Assembly (NCBI GenBank): GCA_034530875.2
Contig: JAVRCJ020000002.1
Coordinates: 192,001 to 256,000, forward strand
Source of the DNA: Nostoc sp. DedSLP01
GTDB taxonomy: Bacteria; Cyanobacteriota; Cyanobacteriia; Cyanobacteriales; Nostocaceae
Length of the DNA: 64,000 nucleotides
Direction of reading: 5' to 3'
Shown: one piece after another, positions 19,060 to 28,175 of the stretch
Position numbering within the stretch: the first letter of the stretch is position 1
Layout: each line of letters starts with the position of its first letter
Notes under the pieces: generated by a model
What the model saw: the letters and a program-made list of their open reading frames with translations, nothing else
What the model was told of the DNA's origin: nothing
The model's database searches: none
Translations under genes and position numbers: made by a program

Positions 19060-20582
19060 TGCGCTGCGGCTTTAATCAAATCGGCTGCTTTTTCACCAAT
19101 CATAATTGTCGGTGCATTAGTATTTCCCGTGGTAATAGTTGGCATGATTGATGCATCTACTACACGCAAGCCCGTAACACCATGCACTTTTAGTTCGGGG
19201 TTTACTACTGAATCAGGGTCAGTTCCCATTTTACAAGTGCCGACTGGATGGTATGTACTGTCGCAAGTTTCCCGAATGTAAGCCAGAAGTGTTTCATCAC
19301 TATTATTATCAGCACCAGGGGCTACTTCTTCTCCTCGGAATTCATCAAATACACTTGATTGGAATATCTGCCGCATAATTTTGATTCCTGCTAGCAGCTT
19401 TTGCAAATCAGATTCGCTTTGAAGATAGTTCATCCGAATTAGAGGTGGATCTTTGGGAAAAGCAGAACCCAGACTGACACTACCACGACTTTCCGGATTA
19501 GTCACACATACTGTAGCTGTGAATCCCGGCGCAGAACGCGCATAAGTAGGATGCGTCCACAAAATAGGGCCAGAGAAAAACTGTAAATCTGGCGCAACAT
19601 CTAAACGACCTTCTGTATGCAAGAACAATCCAACTTCTGCAATATTGCTGGTTAAGTCGGGTTGCAAATCCTGTGTTGCTTCGTGTGCTACACCGACTAA
19701 CAAGTGGTCTTGGAGGTTCTGACCGACACCAGGTAAATCAACGATCGCAGCAATGTCCAAAGCCTGTAATTGTTTTGCATTCCCAATTCCAGAGAGCATC
19801 AACAACTTGGGCGAATCGATCGCACCAGCACTTAAAATCACTTCCCGTTCTACCCAAACTTGGTGTATAGTTCCCTGATGGATGTATTCCACCCCTACAG
19901 TCTGCGTTCCCTCAAACAATAACCTAGTAACTAACGCACCAGTCGTAACGGTTAAATTAGGACGCTCCAAAATCGGTAGTAGAAAAGCCGTCGCCGTACT
20001 GTGGCGCTTACCATCTTTAATTGTCAACTGATAAAATCCGGCTCCCTGCTGTTGTCCGCCATTAAAATCAGGATTCTCTTCGTAGCCAAGTCCAACGGCG
20101 GCTTCCACAAATCGGTGTGAAATAACGTTAGGAGCTATGGGATCTGTCACGCTCAAAAATCCATCAACACCGTGAAATTCAGATGTTCCTCGCTGCTGGT
20201 TTTCAGATTTTTGGAAATAGGGCAATACGTCTTGATAACTCCAACCAATATTGCCTAACTTTTCCCAGTAATCATAATCATAACGACTGCCTCGAATATA
20301 AATCATGGCATTAATTGCACTGCTGCCACCCAAGACTTTGCCCCGCGGACAATAGATTTTACGGTTATTAATATATGGTTCTTCTTCTGTAAAATATGCC
20401 CAGTCCGCTTCTGTACCCCAAAGTTTTATCCAGCCTACAGGAAGTTCGTGTTCTGGTAGGTTAGGCGGATTGCCTGCTTCCAATAACAATACTGTTGTTT
20501 CGGCATCTTCCGTTAACCGATTAGCAACGACACAACCCGCCGAACCCGCACCAATGACAACATGATCGTATTTGGTCTTCAT
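19056..20582 (-). CDS. GMC-family FAD oxidoreductase (choline/alcohol dehydrogenase-like)
   Basis: GAGSAG, RGKVLGGSSAINAM, GQNLQDH, YHPVGTCKMG, GNTNAPTIMIGEK. Confidence 0.95.
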   Translation of the reverse strand: MKTKYDHVVIGAGSAGCVVANRLTEDAETTVLLLEAGNPPNLPEHELPVGWIKLWGTEADWAYFTEEEPYINNRKIYCPRGKVLGGSSAINAMIYIRGSRYDYDYWEKLGNIGWSYQDVLPYFQKSENQQRGTSEFHGVDGFLSVTDPIAPNVISHRFVEAAVGLGYEENPDFNGGQQQGAGFYQLTIKDGKRHSTATAFLLPILERPNLTVTTGALVTRLLFEGTQTVGVEYIHQGTIHQVWVEREVILSAGAIDSPKLLMLSGIGNAKQLQALDIAAIVDLPGVGQNLQDHLLVGVAHEATQDLQPDLTSNIAEVGLFLHTEGRLDVAPDLQFFSGPILWTHPTYARSAPGFTATVCVTNPESRGSVSLGSAFPKDPPLIRMNYLQSESDLQKLLAGIKIMRQIFQSSVFDEFRGEEVAPGADNNSDETLLAYIRETCDSTYHPVGTCKMGTDPDSVVNPELKVHGVTGLRVVDASIMPTITTGNTNAPTIMIGEKAADLIKAAAQ

Positions 20583-20605
20583 AATAATTGGTCTATTTGT
20601 GTTTG

Positions 20606-21568
20606 TTAACTTGTTTGTCTTGAAGTTTTTAAAATTAAATTTTTCAATAATTTTTTACACTTTTTCAAAATATCTGGAGTCACAAACCCTTGAGGAAAAA
20701 ATATAGTACCTAGCACTATTAACAATCCATAAATAATTAGTCTTCCATCTCGTAAAAATTGCGCTAACCAAATAGGTAAACCTGCTATATCGGCTATTCT
20801 GCGTAAAATAATTTCTAATAAAACTTTCAAGACAACAGCGCCTACTACCGAACCTAAAAAAGTTCTCGAACCGCCAATTAATACAATCGTTAAATAGGTA
20901 ATGCTGGCATCAAAAGTACCTTGTCGAGCATTCCAGGTATTAAGGAAATGAGCGCTGATGACACCGACAATTCCCGCAAGAATTGCTCCGAGAGTAAAAG
21001 CTAAAACTTTGTAGTAAGTTGGGTTAATTCCCATTGCACTGGCGGCTAATTCATCTTCGCGGATGGCGATGAATGCCCTACCCGTGCGAATGCGTTCTAA
21101 ACGGTAAAATAACACCATACTAATTAATAGTAATGGCAGCGCAATCCATAAATATTGCAGTTGGGTTGAAAATGGTTGAGGAATACCAAAAATTCCGACA
21201 GCACCGCCTGTAATATCTAAATTTAATGATACAACTCGTAATACTTCTACAAAGGCAATAGTGGCGATCGCTAAATAAATTCCCCGCAATCGTAACGCTG
21301 GAATTCCCACTACTATAGCCAATATACCAGACACTAAACCAGCAATTACCATTTCCAATAAAAGAAATGGAATCGGAAATGAATTATTAGTAGATGTAAA
21401 AACTTTTGTCGATAAAATTGCTGCAATATATCCACCTAAAGCATAGAATCCCGGACTAGCCAAAGACAATTGTCCAGCCATCAACGGTAAATAAAGCGAT
21501 AGTCCTAATAAAGCCTCCAATACCATGTAGACTATTGGCGATTCATAAGTAGAAAAAAATTCAGCCAT
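20606..21568 (-). CDS. livM: LIV-type ABC transporter permease
   Basis: GQLSLA, LRLRGIYLAIAT, GRAFIAIREDE. Confidence 0.93.
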   Translation of the reverse strand: MAEFFSTYESPIVYMVLEALLGLSLYLPLMAGQLSLASPGFYALGGYIAAILSTKVFTSTNNSFPIPFLLLEMVIAGLVSGILAIVVGIPALRLRGIYLAIATIAFVEVLRVVSLNLDITGGAVGIFGIPQPFSTQLQYLWIALPLLLISMVLFYRLERIRTGRAFIAIREDELAASAMGINPTYYKVLAFTLGAILAGIVGVISAHFLNTWNARQGTFDASITYLTIVLIGGSRTFLGSVVGAVVLKVLLEIILRRIADIAGLPIWLAQFLRDGRLIIYGLLIVLGTIFFPQGFVTPDILKKCKKLLKNLILKTSRQTS

Positions 21569-21586
21569 TGTAAAATATTTTGATTA

Positions 21587-21741
21587 AGGAGTCAGGAGTC
21601 AGAATTCAGGAGTCAGAAGTAAAAGTATTTAAATATCCCATCCAATTTTCAATCTGGTAGTCTACAATTAGTGGCGGGTCTAAATCTCCTACTAATTAAT
21701 TCTGAATTTTGAGTTCTCTATTCTGTATTCTGTATTCTTCT
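21587..21741. repeat. Heptamer-repeat-bounded intergenic element with an internal hairpin
   Basis: AGGAGTC/AGAATTC repeats on the left, TTCTGTA repeats on the right, and an ATTAGTGG..CTACTAAT stem. Confidence 0.55.
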
Positions 21742-22344
21742 TCAAGCTGTTAATATTTGCTCTGCTGTCAGCGCTAATTCAGGAAAAGTTCGTGAGACAA
21801 TTCGCTCAGAACCTCTAAAGTGTGTGCGTTGGTATTTACCCTCAGCATCTAATAGAAAAACAAATACAGTTGGAATTTTAGGATTTCCTAAATACTCTCT
21901 CGAACCAATTGCTAAATAATCTACAATCCAATATTCTGTAATCCCTAAGCGTTGGTATTCATCTAATTTATCAATGTAGTCATCTTCCCAATTAGTTGAT
22001 GTTACCTCTACCGCTAACTGGATGGGTTCTTCAAGTGCGGAATAAGCAGAACGATTTGAGCGCCATACATCTTTATCTATCACGCTGACATCAGGCTTAC
22101 GTCCTTGTTCTATGCCATTGGCGGTTATAGTTTTTAAAACTGCTGTGTTTTTTACTACGTAATTCAGATTTATTCGCCTAATTTCATCATTGAAGCCAAA
22201 GAATAAAAAATCAGCAACATCATCATGATTTCTCGTTGCACGCACTTCTACAATTTCTCCATTCACAAGTTCATATAAACCTTCCTCTGGACACTGTTCC
22301 AAAAAATCATCAAAAGTTAGTTTTTGTTTGGTGGATGTTTTCAT
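21742..22344 (-). CDS. Uma2 family endonuclease-like protein
   Basis: YELVNGEI, KPDVSV, LAVEVTS, KLDEYQRLGITEYWIVD. Confidence 0.92.
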   Translation of the reverse strand: MKTSTKQKLTFDDFLEQCPEEGLYELVNGEIVEVRATRNHDDVADFLFFGFNDEIRRINLNYVVKNTAVLKTITANGIEQGRKPDVSVIDKDVWRSNRSAYSALEEPIQLAVEVTSTNWEDDYIDKLDEYQRLGITEYWIVDYLAIGSREYLGNPKIPTVFVFLLDAEGKYQRTHFRGSERIVSRTFPELALTAEQILTA

Positions 22345-22358
22345 AGTGCTACGTCTGT

Positions 22359-23309
22359 TTAAACTTTCTGAATAAATCGACGACCTAGCAAACCTTGGGG
22401 TCTAACTAACAACATGATAAATAATATTCCGTAGGCTACAGCGTCTTTGTAACCGGAATATTCCGCCGGCACAAAGGCTTCAACTAATCCAATCAGTAAT
22501 CCTCCTAAAACTGCGCCGGGAATACTACCCAAACCACCCAAGACAATTACTGCTAAACCTCTCAAACCAAAGGCAATACCGAAATACGGCCCGGCAATAC
22601 TAACACTAGAAGCGACTAAAGTTCCTGCTAATCCTGCTAAGAAACTGCTGATAAAGAATGTTAAGACGATAAAGCGATCGCTATTAATTCCTAATAAACT
22701 CGCAGTAATTGGATCTTCAGCGATCGCTTGCATTGCTTTACCATATTTTGTCCGATTGATAAAATAGCTGAGAATTGCCACAATCGTCACTGATACAGCA
22801 AAAATTATTATCTGAACGGTGCGAATTGGAATTTCCTGCTCTTGAGTACCAAAGTTAATCGAAGGTGGCAAATTACCGTAAGTATTTGCTGGGTAAGTGT
22901 AACTTTCTGCGCCTACTAAATACTGGATTAAATTTACAATTACTACTGCTACTCCCAAACTCGAAACAACAGTCAGTAAAGGATCGGATCCTTGACGCCG
23001 CAGGGGTTGAAAAGCAAACCGTTCCATTACTACCCCAACTAACCCCGCTAAGCTACTTCCTATAATTAAGGCTAAAGCAAATGGTAATTTTATCGGCAAG
23101 GCTGCATTAGCTAATAAGCCATTAAATCCAAAGTTACCGCCCATGAGTGCATAAGTAAAATATGCACCCAAGGTAAAAATCGCTCCATGAGCTAAATTAA
23201 TGATGCCCAAAATGGAATAAACCAAGGTATATCCTAAGGCAAAAATCGCATATACGCTGCCAATGGATAAGCCGTTTAATAATTGCTGCAAAAATATAGT
23301 TATATTCAT
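22359..23309 (-). CDS. livH: LIV-type ABC transporter permease
   Basis: QQLLNGLSIGSVYAIFALGYTLVY, INLAHG, GGLGSIPGA, RPQGLLG. Confidence 0.94.
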   Translation of the reverse strand: MNITIFLQQLLNGLSIGSVYAIFALGYTLVYSILGIINLAHGAIFTLGAYFTYALMGGNFGFNGLLANAALPIKLPFALALIIGSSLAGLVGVVMERFAFQPLRRQGSDPLLTVVSSLGVAVVIVNLIQYLVGAESYTYPANTYGNLPPSINFGTQEQEIPIRTVQIIIFAVSVTIVAILSYFINRTKYGKAMQAIAEDPITASLLGINSDRFIVLTFFISSFLAGLAGTLVASSVSIAGPYFGIAFGLRGLAVIVLGGLGSIPGAVLGGLLIGLVEAFVPAEYSGYKDAVAYGILFIMLLVRPQGLLGRRFIQKV

Positions 23310-23316
23310 CTAGCAA

Positions 23317-24561
23317 CTATTTCAAAAATGTAAATTTACCTTGACTTCCATCTTTTTCCATTTTGATTTGCGCTACATAGAAATCTTTTTGCACAACCTC
23401 ACCCACTGGAGTAAATCCAAGTTCGCCCAGCGGTGTATTGTATTTTCCAGTGAGTATTTCTTTATTTAATTGCGTCCGTAATTCTGGTAGCTGTAATTTA
23501 TTAACTTTGCTCTTATTATCTAAAGCTTTCAGTGCTTCGACATAAACTTGCACTGCTGCAAAAGCTTGGGCGCTAAATTGGGGTGGTTCTTTCTTATATT
23601 CGTCAACATAAGCTCTGCGAAATGCTGCATTAATCTCGCCTGGATGTTCTGGACTGTAAGCTTGAGCAATCAATACACCATCACAAAGTGCTTTACAAAC
23701 AGGCAATATATTTGATGTATTTAGACCGTTACCACCAACAATTAAACCTTTATAACCAAGTTCTCGCAATTGTCGGACTAAATTACCGCCATCAGCAGCC
23801 AATCCAGAAATAATAACTAAATCTGGCTTGAGATTAATTGCATTGGTAGCTTGGCTTTGAAAATCTGTATCGCTAGTTTGGAATTTTTGAACTGTAACTA
23901 ATTCCAGTCCTTGATCCTTAACTGTTTGCTGAAAAATCTCAGTTTCAGATTTGCTAAATGCATCATTTTGAGCATAGAAAACTGCGACTTTTTTAATTTG
24001 AGGGTTTTGCTTGAGGGCAGCTTTTACTGAATTAGGAGCCACAACCGAAACCGGCGCGGAAACACGAGCAACATAATCACCAATTTCCGGAATATTTTTG
24101 GCAGTATTTGACGGGCCAATAATTGGTACTTTTGCACGTTCGGCAAGGGGGTCGGCACTAAAGGCTTGCTGTGATAAAGTAGGCCCAACAATACCAATAA
24201 CTTTATCTTTATTAATTAAAGTTTGAACAGCGTTAATTGCTCCTGCTTCATCACCGCTAGTATCTTGAAATACTAATTTAATTGGAGTACCATTGATACC
24301 ACCCTTAGCATTGAAATACTTCTCGGCAATTTTGACTCCAGCGACTTGTTCTTGACCCAATAATGCTACATTGCTAGTTTGAGCAACAGCAATACCAATA
24401 GGAATTGCACCCGATGATGTTTCTGTTGTCGCTGCGGCATTAGCTGGAGTGCTATTCGCAGTACTTTGAGGATTGACGCTAGTAGTGTCACTACCACATG
24501 CTGTAAGTAGCAAACTACAACTTGATAAAAATGCTGTGATCCCAAAAAACGTGTTTTTCAT
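23317..24561 (-). CDS. livK: LIV-type ABC transporter substrate-binding lipoprotein
   Basis: Lipobox LTAC, NAKGGING, TDFQSQ; first gene of the liv-type operon. Confidence 0.9.
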   Translation of the reverse strand: MKNTFFGITAFLSSCSLLLTACGSDTTSVNPQSTANSTPANAAATTETSSGAIPIGIAVAQTSNVALLGQEQVAGVKIAEKYFNAKGGINGTPIKLVFQDTSGDEAGAINAVQTLINKDKVIGIVGPTLSQQAFSADPLAERAKVPIIGPSNTAKNIPEIGDYVARVSAPVSVVAPNSVKAALKQNPQIKKVAVFYAQNDAFSKSETEIFQQTVKDQGLELVTVQKFQTSDTDFQSQATNAINLKPDLVIISGLAADGGNLVRQLRELGYKGLIVGGNGLNTSNILPVCKALCDGVLIAQAYSPEHPGEINAAFRRAYVDEYKKEPPQFSAQAFAAVQVYVEALKALDNKSKVNKLQLPELRTQLNKEILTGKYNTPLGELGFTPVGEVVQKDFYVAQIKMEKDGSQGKFTFLK

Positions 24562-24597
24562 CGTTAAATAATCATCTAGTTATTAGATAATTTGCAA

Positions 24598-24772
24598 AAA
24601 TTAAAAGTAAAAGTTAGAATCTGCGAACAAAATGAGGCAGATTTAGACTTTTGCAAGAATTAAACCTAGAATTCACAATAGGTTACGTCCTGCTATGCTC
24701 ATAGCAGTAAAACAGGCTTGATGTTTAGTTATCAAACCCAATTAGCGTAACTTACTCAGTTGAAATCTGCTG
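24598..24772 (-). ncRNA. Candidate structured cis-regulatory leader (three-way junction plus terminator/antiterminator)
   Basis: Stems on the minus strand: GTTACG/CGTAAC, GGTTTGAT/ATCAAGCC and CTGCTATG/CATAGCAG. A downstream AATCTGC/GCAGATT hairpin precedes a U-rich run, and its 5' arm can alternatively pair with the 5'-terminal GCAGATTT. Confidence 0.55.
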
Positions 24773-25001
24773 TATATTAAATCATTTTTATTTGACCATA
24801 CAAAGACAAATATTCAAAGTGTTTGTAAATACAAATTCTAGCAGGCAACGATTTTATCACCCCCAGGTTCAATCTGGGAATGTAGTACTAATATTCTTAT
24901 AATTCTTCAACTATCCTAAATTCTGGCTCTCCAAAGCTTCGATTAAAGGAAGCCTTTGTTGGAGACGCTACGCGAACTGCTCGAACTTCTCTGTAAAATT
25001 C

Positions 25002-25328
25002 TTACGCCTTTTTTTGATTGCTAGCTAATTCTTTCGGCTCGTAGTGACGACAACCGTTACATGGCCCGTCAGGATTCACGGCACAGCGGATGTAACCAGA
25101 TCGGGCATTATATTTACAGCTGATGTCGCCAATTAGGTAACCCACCCCTTCTAAATAATAGCGATCGCCTTCTGGTGATGTGAAGTTTTGCCCTTGCCGC
25201 ATTCGTGGGAAATTCATCGCTGCTTGTCTCATCCGTAAACGCGTTCGCGATCGCGTTTTGCGGATTACCCACAACGAAAACAGGGACGGTAAAAAACCAA
25301 TGGCAATTACTAAAAGTGTCTTTAACAC
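25002..25328 (-). CDS. DUF6464-like conserved cyanobacterial protein
   Basis: IGDISCKYNARSGYIRCAVNPDGPCNGCRHYE motif and an N-terminal TM segment; GTG start at 25328. Confidence 0.8.
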   Translation of the reverse strand: MLKTLLVIAIGFLPSLFSLWVIRKTRSRTRLRMRQAAMNFPRMRQGQNFTSPEGDRYYLEGVGYLIGDISCKYNARSGYIRCAVNPDGPCNGCRHYEPKELASNQKKA

Positions 25329-25673
25329 CTTCTTTTTACCTCTTTTTAACACCGATCGTCCGCAATCTTGCACTTTGCTTTTACAAAAGCGCAAATCTCC
25401 GGGCAGATGTGCCGATTGCTACTAACTGTGGTTGCAACTAGCAATGGCAACGTGGTAACTGGCAATTTTAAGAATATTTTCCTTCTACCACTTCAATCAG
25501 CATAACTTTTACAACCTCAGAGGTGGGTTGCCTTTAAATGGCGATCGCTTTAAGATTTGTTGACTAACGTCAGCAAGAAAGCAACAGGTTTTTCCTTCCT
25601 GTTGCTTTCTAGATGTAATTACCAGGTTTGAGTCTCCTACGAATTGAGCGTGTCACTTAATTCGTAGTACGCC

Positions 25674-26198
25674 TTAGTGGGAGTTCAAAGTCCCGATCAT
25701 ACAAAGTCTCCGTTCCCTATTCGCCGTTCCTTGTTCCCTTTTACTCGCATCCTTGTTTTTTCTGTGTCGTTGGGATGCTAATCTTTTTTTCGTTTGCTGA
25801 CGAAGTTGCTGTGCTAAAAGTGCTGCTTCCCTTTCTGCTCGGAATAAATCAACTCTTCGCGTGGTCAAAATAAAAGACTTGTCTGATTTTTGTCTGACAC
25901 AGGGGACGCTAACTGCTAAATACTCACAAATATTTTTACGTGGTTTCGGCTTGATGAGTGAATAACGTTTTTGCGTATTGAGCGTATTAGCGATCGCTTT
26001 CAACTCCATTATCGCGGCTTCTAGCTCCCCTGCCATCCGGTTGATACGTTCAACTTGCGCCGCTAAACGTTCCTCATCGCTAATGATTTTTTCCTCTTGC
26101 GGTTGTAATGGCGCTATGGCAGTAGTTACAGATGTCGGCTGCAACAGGGAAACTTTTGCGGAAATAGGCTGTTTGTAGCTGTCTTGGATTTTTTTCAT
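25674..26198 (-). CDS. Hypothetical coiled-coil protein, probably LexA-regulated
   Basis: 174-aa ORF with a GAGG RBS; LexA-type box 50 bp upstream. Confidence 0.7.
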   Translation of the reverse strand: MKKIQDSYKQPISAKVSLLQPTSVTTAIAPLQPQEEKIISDEERLAAQVERINRMAGELEAAIMELKAIANTLNTQKRYSLIKPKPRKNICEYLAVSVPCVRQKSDKSFILTTRRVDLFRAEREAALLAQQLRQQTKKRLASQRHRKNKDASKREQGTANRERRLCMIGTLNSH

Positions 26199-26248
26199 AC
26201 TACCTCAAACAAGGCTAGCTGACTTGTAAGGCATTTTAGCAGCAAAGC

Positions 26249-26262
26249 AGTACATTTGTACT
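26249..26262. promoter_or_regulatory. Cyanobacterial LexA box
   Basis: AGTACATTTGTACT matches RGTAC-N3-DGTWCB. Confidence 0.75.
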
Positions 26263-26376
26263 GTAAAATTTTATATATGAGGTTTAATGTGAAGGAAAAA
26301 GGCAGCAATTATACCAATTCATTTATTATTGGCGACCGAGTGAGAAAATTTTACACAGAATAAGCATAGATAATCG

Positions 26377-26405
26377 TAGGGGCGCACAGCTAGCTGTGCG
26401 CCCCT
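26377..26405. repeat. GTAG-type REP-like hairpin
   Basis: GTAGGGGCGCACAGCTAGCTGTGCGCCCCT; a related hairpin lies at about 37415. Confidence 0.7.
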
Positions 26406-26460
26406 ATTTGTGTGCTTTATCGGGAAAGGCAGAGGGCAGGAGGCAGAAGGCTTTTATGAA

Positions 26461-26676
26461 TTAACTATTAGCGGTTCGATAATCAGCATCCAACCAACAG
26501 CGTGGTAAATCTTCACCAGAAGGAAAAACGAGATTTTCTTTTTTAAAAGTATCGGCTTGCTGTTCTTCTTGGCCTTCTTGGTCTTTTGCACGAACAACAT
26601 CAGTATTAGGGTCGAGTAATTCTTCAATTTCTACAATTTTGACCAATTCACCACTGTCTTTGATTTGTAAAAGCAT
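26461..26676 (-). CDS. Small conserved cyanobacterial protein
   Basis: 71 aa with the conserved-looking QEGQEEQ..FKKENLVFPSGEDLPRCWLD motif; GAGG RBS. Confidence 0.8.
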   Translation of the reverse strand: MLLQIKDSGELVKIVEIEELLDPNTDVVRAKDQEGQEEQQADTFKKENLVFPSGEDLPRCWLDADYRTANS

Positions 26677-26778
26677 ATAATTAGCCTCAATAAATTTACA
26701 TGGAAAATTACGACGAGTTTCAATACAAACTCGTCAAAGGCAGAGAATTTATTCTGATACGTTAATTCTGACTACCGA

Positions 26779-27087
26779 TTAAATTTCGCGTTGGTATTTT
26801 TCCAAAATATCTACTAAATTGACTTGGCATTGCAACGGTAGCAAGTCAATTAAAGGTAGTTCGCGTTTGCCGCCACCAATTTTTACGGGGATGGATTCCA
26901 ACACTTGTTTAACTTTGTCTTCATTTACAGTGTTGGAAGTAATTAAAGGATATAGTTTTTCAGCAACAATTGTATGCAGTTTGGCATTAGATAAATAAAG
27001 ATGCCATTTGGCGACGTCTATATAGACGTTTTCACCAATTTCAGCTGCTAGGGCTTCCAGTAGTTCTGTGGTGTTAGTCTTAGCCAT
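26779..27087 (-). CDS. DUF3181 family protein
   Basis: LAAEIGENVYIDVAKWHLYL, VKIGGG; start MAKT at 27087. Confidence 0.8.
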   Translation of the reverse strand: MAKTNTTELLEALAAEIGENVYIDVAKWHLYLSNAKLHTIVAEKLYPLITSNTVNEDKVKQVLESIPVKIGGGKRELPLIDLLPLQCQVNLVDILEKYQREI

Positions 27088-27208
27088 AAAAATAACCCTA
27101 CTTTGAGAAAGAGCGCGAAATTCCAAGCTCTATTTAGATTATGGCTCAATTCACGAGGCTGATTCTACTGCCACAGGTTACAATCGCCCTAGCATCAGCA
27201 GTCCATCT

Positions 27209-27466
27209 TCAGGTGGATTTGGGCGGTGTTTCGGTGTAGTTGGCGATCGCAGCAATATAAATTAGATGTCCCAACAATATTACTAGCCAACTAACAGTCA
27301 ACCAGGGCAGCCACTCCCAATTAGTTCCTTTCAAATTGTGGAAGAACCACAAGCCAGAATTAATAGTAGCAGCGATCGCCACATGCACGGCAAAATTCAT
27401 TCGGTCATCGATTTTGCGGTACTCTGGGTCATTGCGATCGGGTTTGCGAGGCCAACGAGGAGGCAT
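27209..27466 (-). CDS. 2TM domain small membrane protein
   Basis: MPPRWPRKPDR..RMNFAVH followed by two hydrophobic segments. Confidence 0.8.
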   Translation of the reverse strand: MPPRWPRKPDRNDPEYRKIDDRMNFAVHVAIAATINSGLWFFHNLKGTNWEWLPWLTVSWLVILLGHLIYIAAIANYTETPPKST

Positions 27467-27527
27467 AAATATTTGTTACAGATTTAAATACACCCTACTC
27501 ATTCTAAGGTTTTTGCAGCTGCCCTTG

Positions 27528-28022
27528 CTAATAATCTCCTGATTTACCGCCAGTTTTACTAATTAACCTAATTGATTCAATTTGAATCGACTTTTCTAAA
27601 GCTTTGGCCATATCGTATAAAGTTAAAGCAGCAACAGAAACGGCAGTTAAAGCTTCCATCTCTACACCAGTCTCGGCTTTAGTTTTGACTGTGGCTTGAA
27701 TTTCATAACCGGGTAGTTCGGCATCGGGGATAACCTCGATCGCAATTTTTTGCAATGGTAAGGGATGACATAAGGGAATTAAAGTCGCTGTTTGCTTGGC
27801 TGCCATAATTCCAGCCAACCTCACAGTCCCCAACACATCGCCTTTTGGCACATTTCCGGCTTGAATTGCAGCAAAGGTTGTCGGCAGCATCCGCACCTTG
27901 GCTGCCGCTACTGCTTGGCGAACGGTGGCTGCTTTTTCAGACACATCGACCATTTGTGCTTGCCCTCGCTCGTCTAGATGGCTTAGGTTGGCAGAATTAG
28001 ATGAAAAATTATCTTGCGTCAT
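27528..28022 (-). CDS. moaC: Cyclic pyranopterin monophosphate synthase
   Basis: [33 protein letters not shown]. Confidence 0.97.
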   Translation of the reverse strand: MTQDNFSSNSANLSHLDERGQAQMVDVSEKAATVRQAVAAAKVRMLPTTFAAIQAGNVPKGDVLGTVRLAGIMAAKQTATLIPLCHPLPLQKIAIEVIPDAELPGYEIQATVKTKAETGVEMEALTAVSVAALTLYDMAKALEKSIQIESIRLISKTGGKSGDY

Positions 28023-28056
28023 TTAAGAACAACGTGTTAATATAATTTCTTGTCAA

Positions 28057-28130
28057 GGGCGTGTAGCTCAGTGGACTAGAGCACGTGGCTACGGACCACG
28101 GTGTCGGGGGTTCGAATCCCTCCTCGCCCG
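28057..28130 (+). tRNA. tRNA-Arg (anticodon ACG)
   Basis: GGGCGTG/CTCGCCC acceptor stem, anticodon arm CGTGG-CTACGGA-CCACG, GGTTCGAATCC T-arm; no encoded CCA. Confidence 0.97.
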
Positions 28131-28136
28131 TTTTTT

Positions 28137-28172
28137 AAAGTTAGGAGCTATCGATTAAAGCTCCTGACTTTT
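28137..28172. terminator. Bidirectional terminator between tRNA-Arg and the MFS gene
   Basis: AAAGTTAGGAGCT...AGCTCCTGACTTTT. Confidence 0.7.
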
Positions 28173-28175
28173 CAC

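Noticed and set aside
28057..28130. tRNA-Arg as an integration site
   Set aside because: No integrase and no duplicated tRNA 3' end were seen; the flanks are core-like genes.
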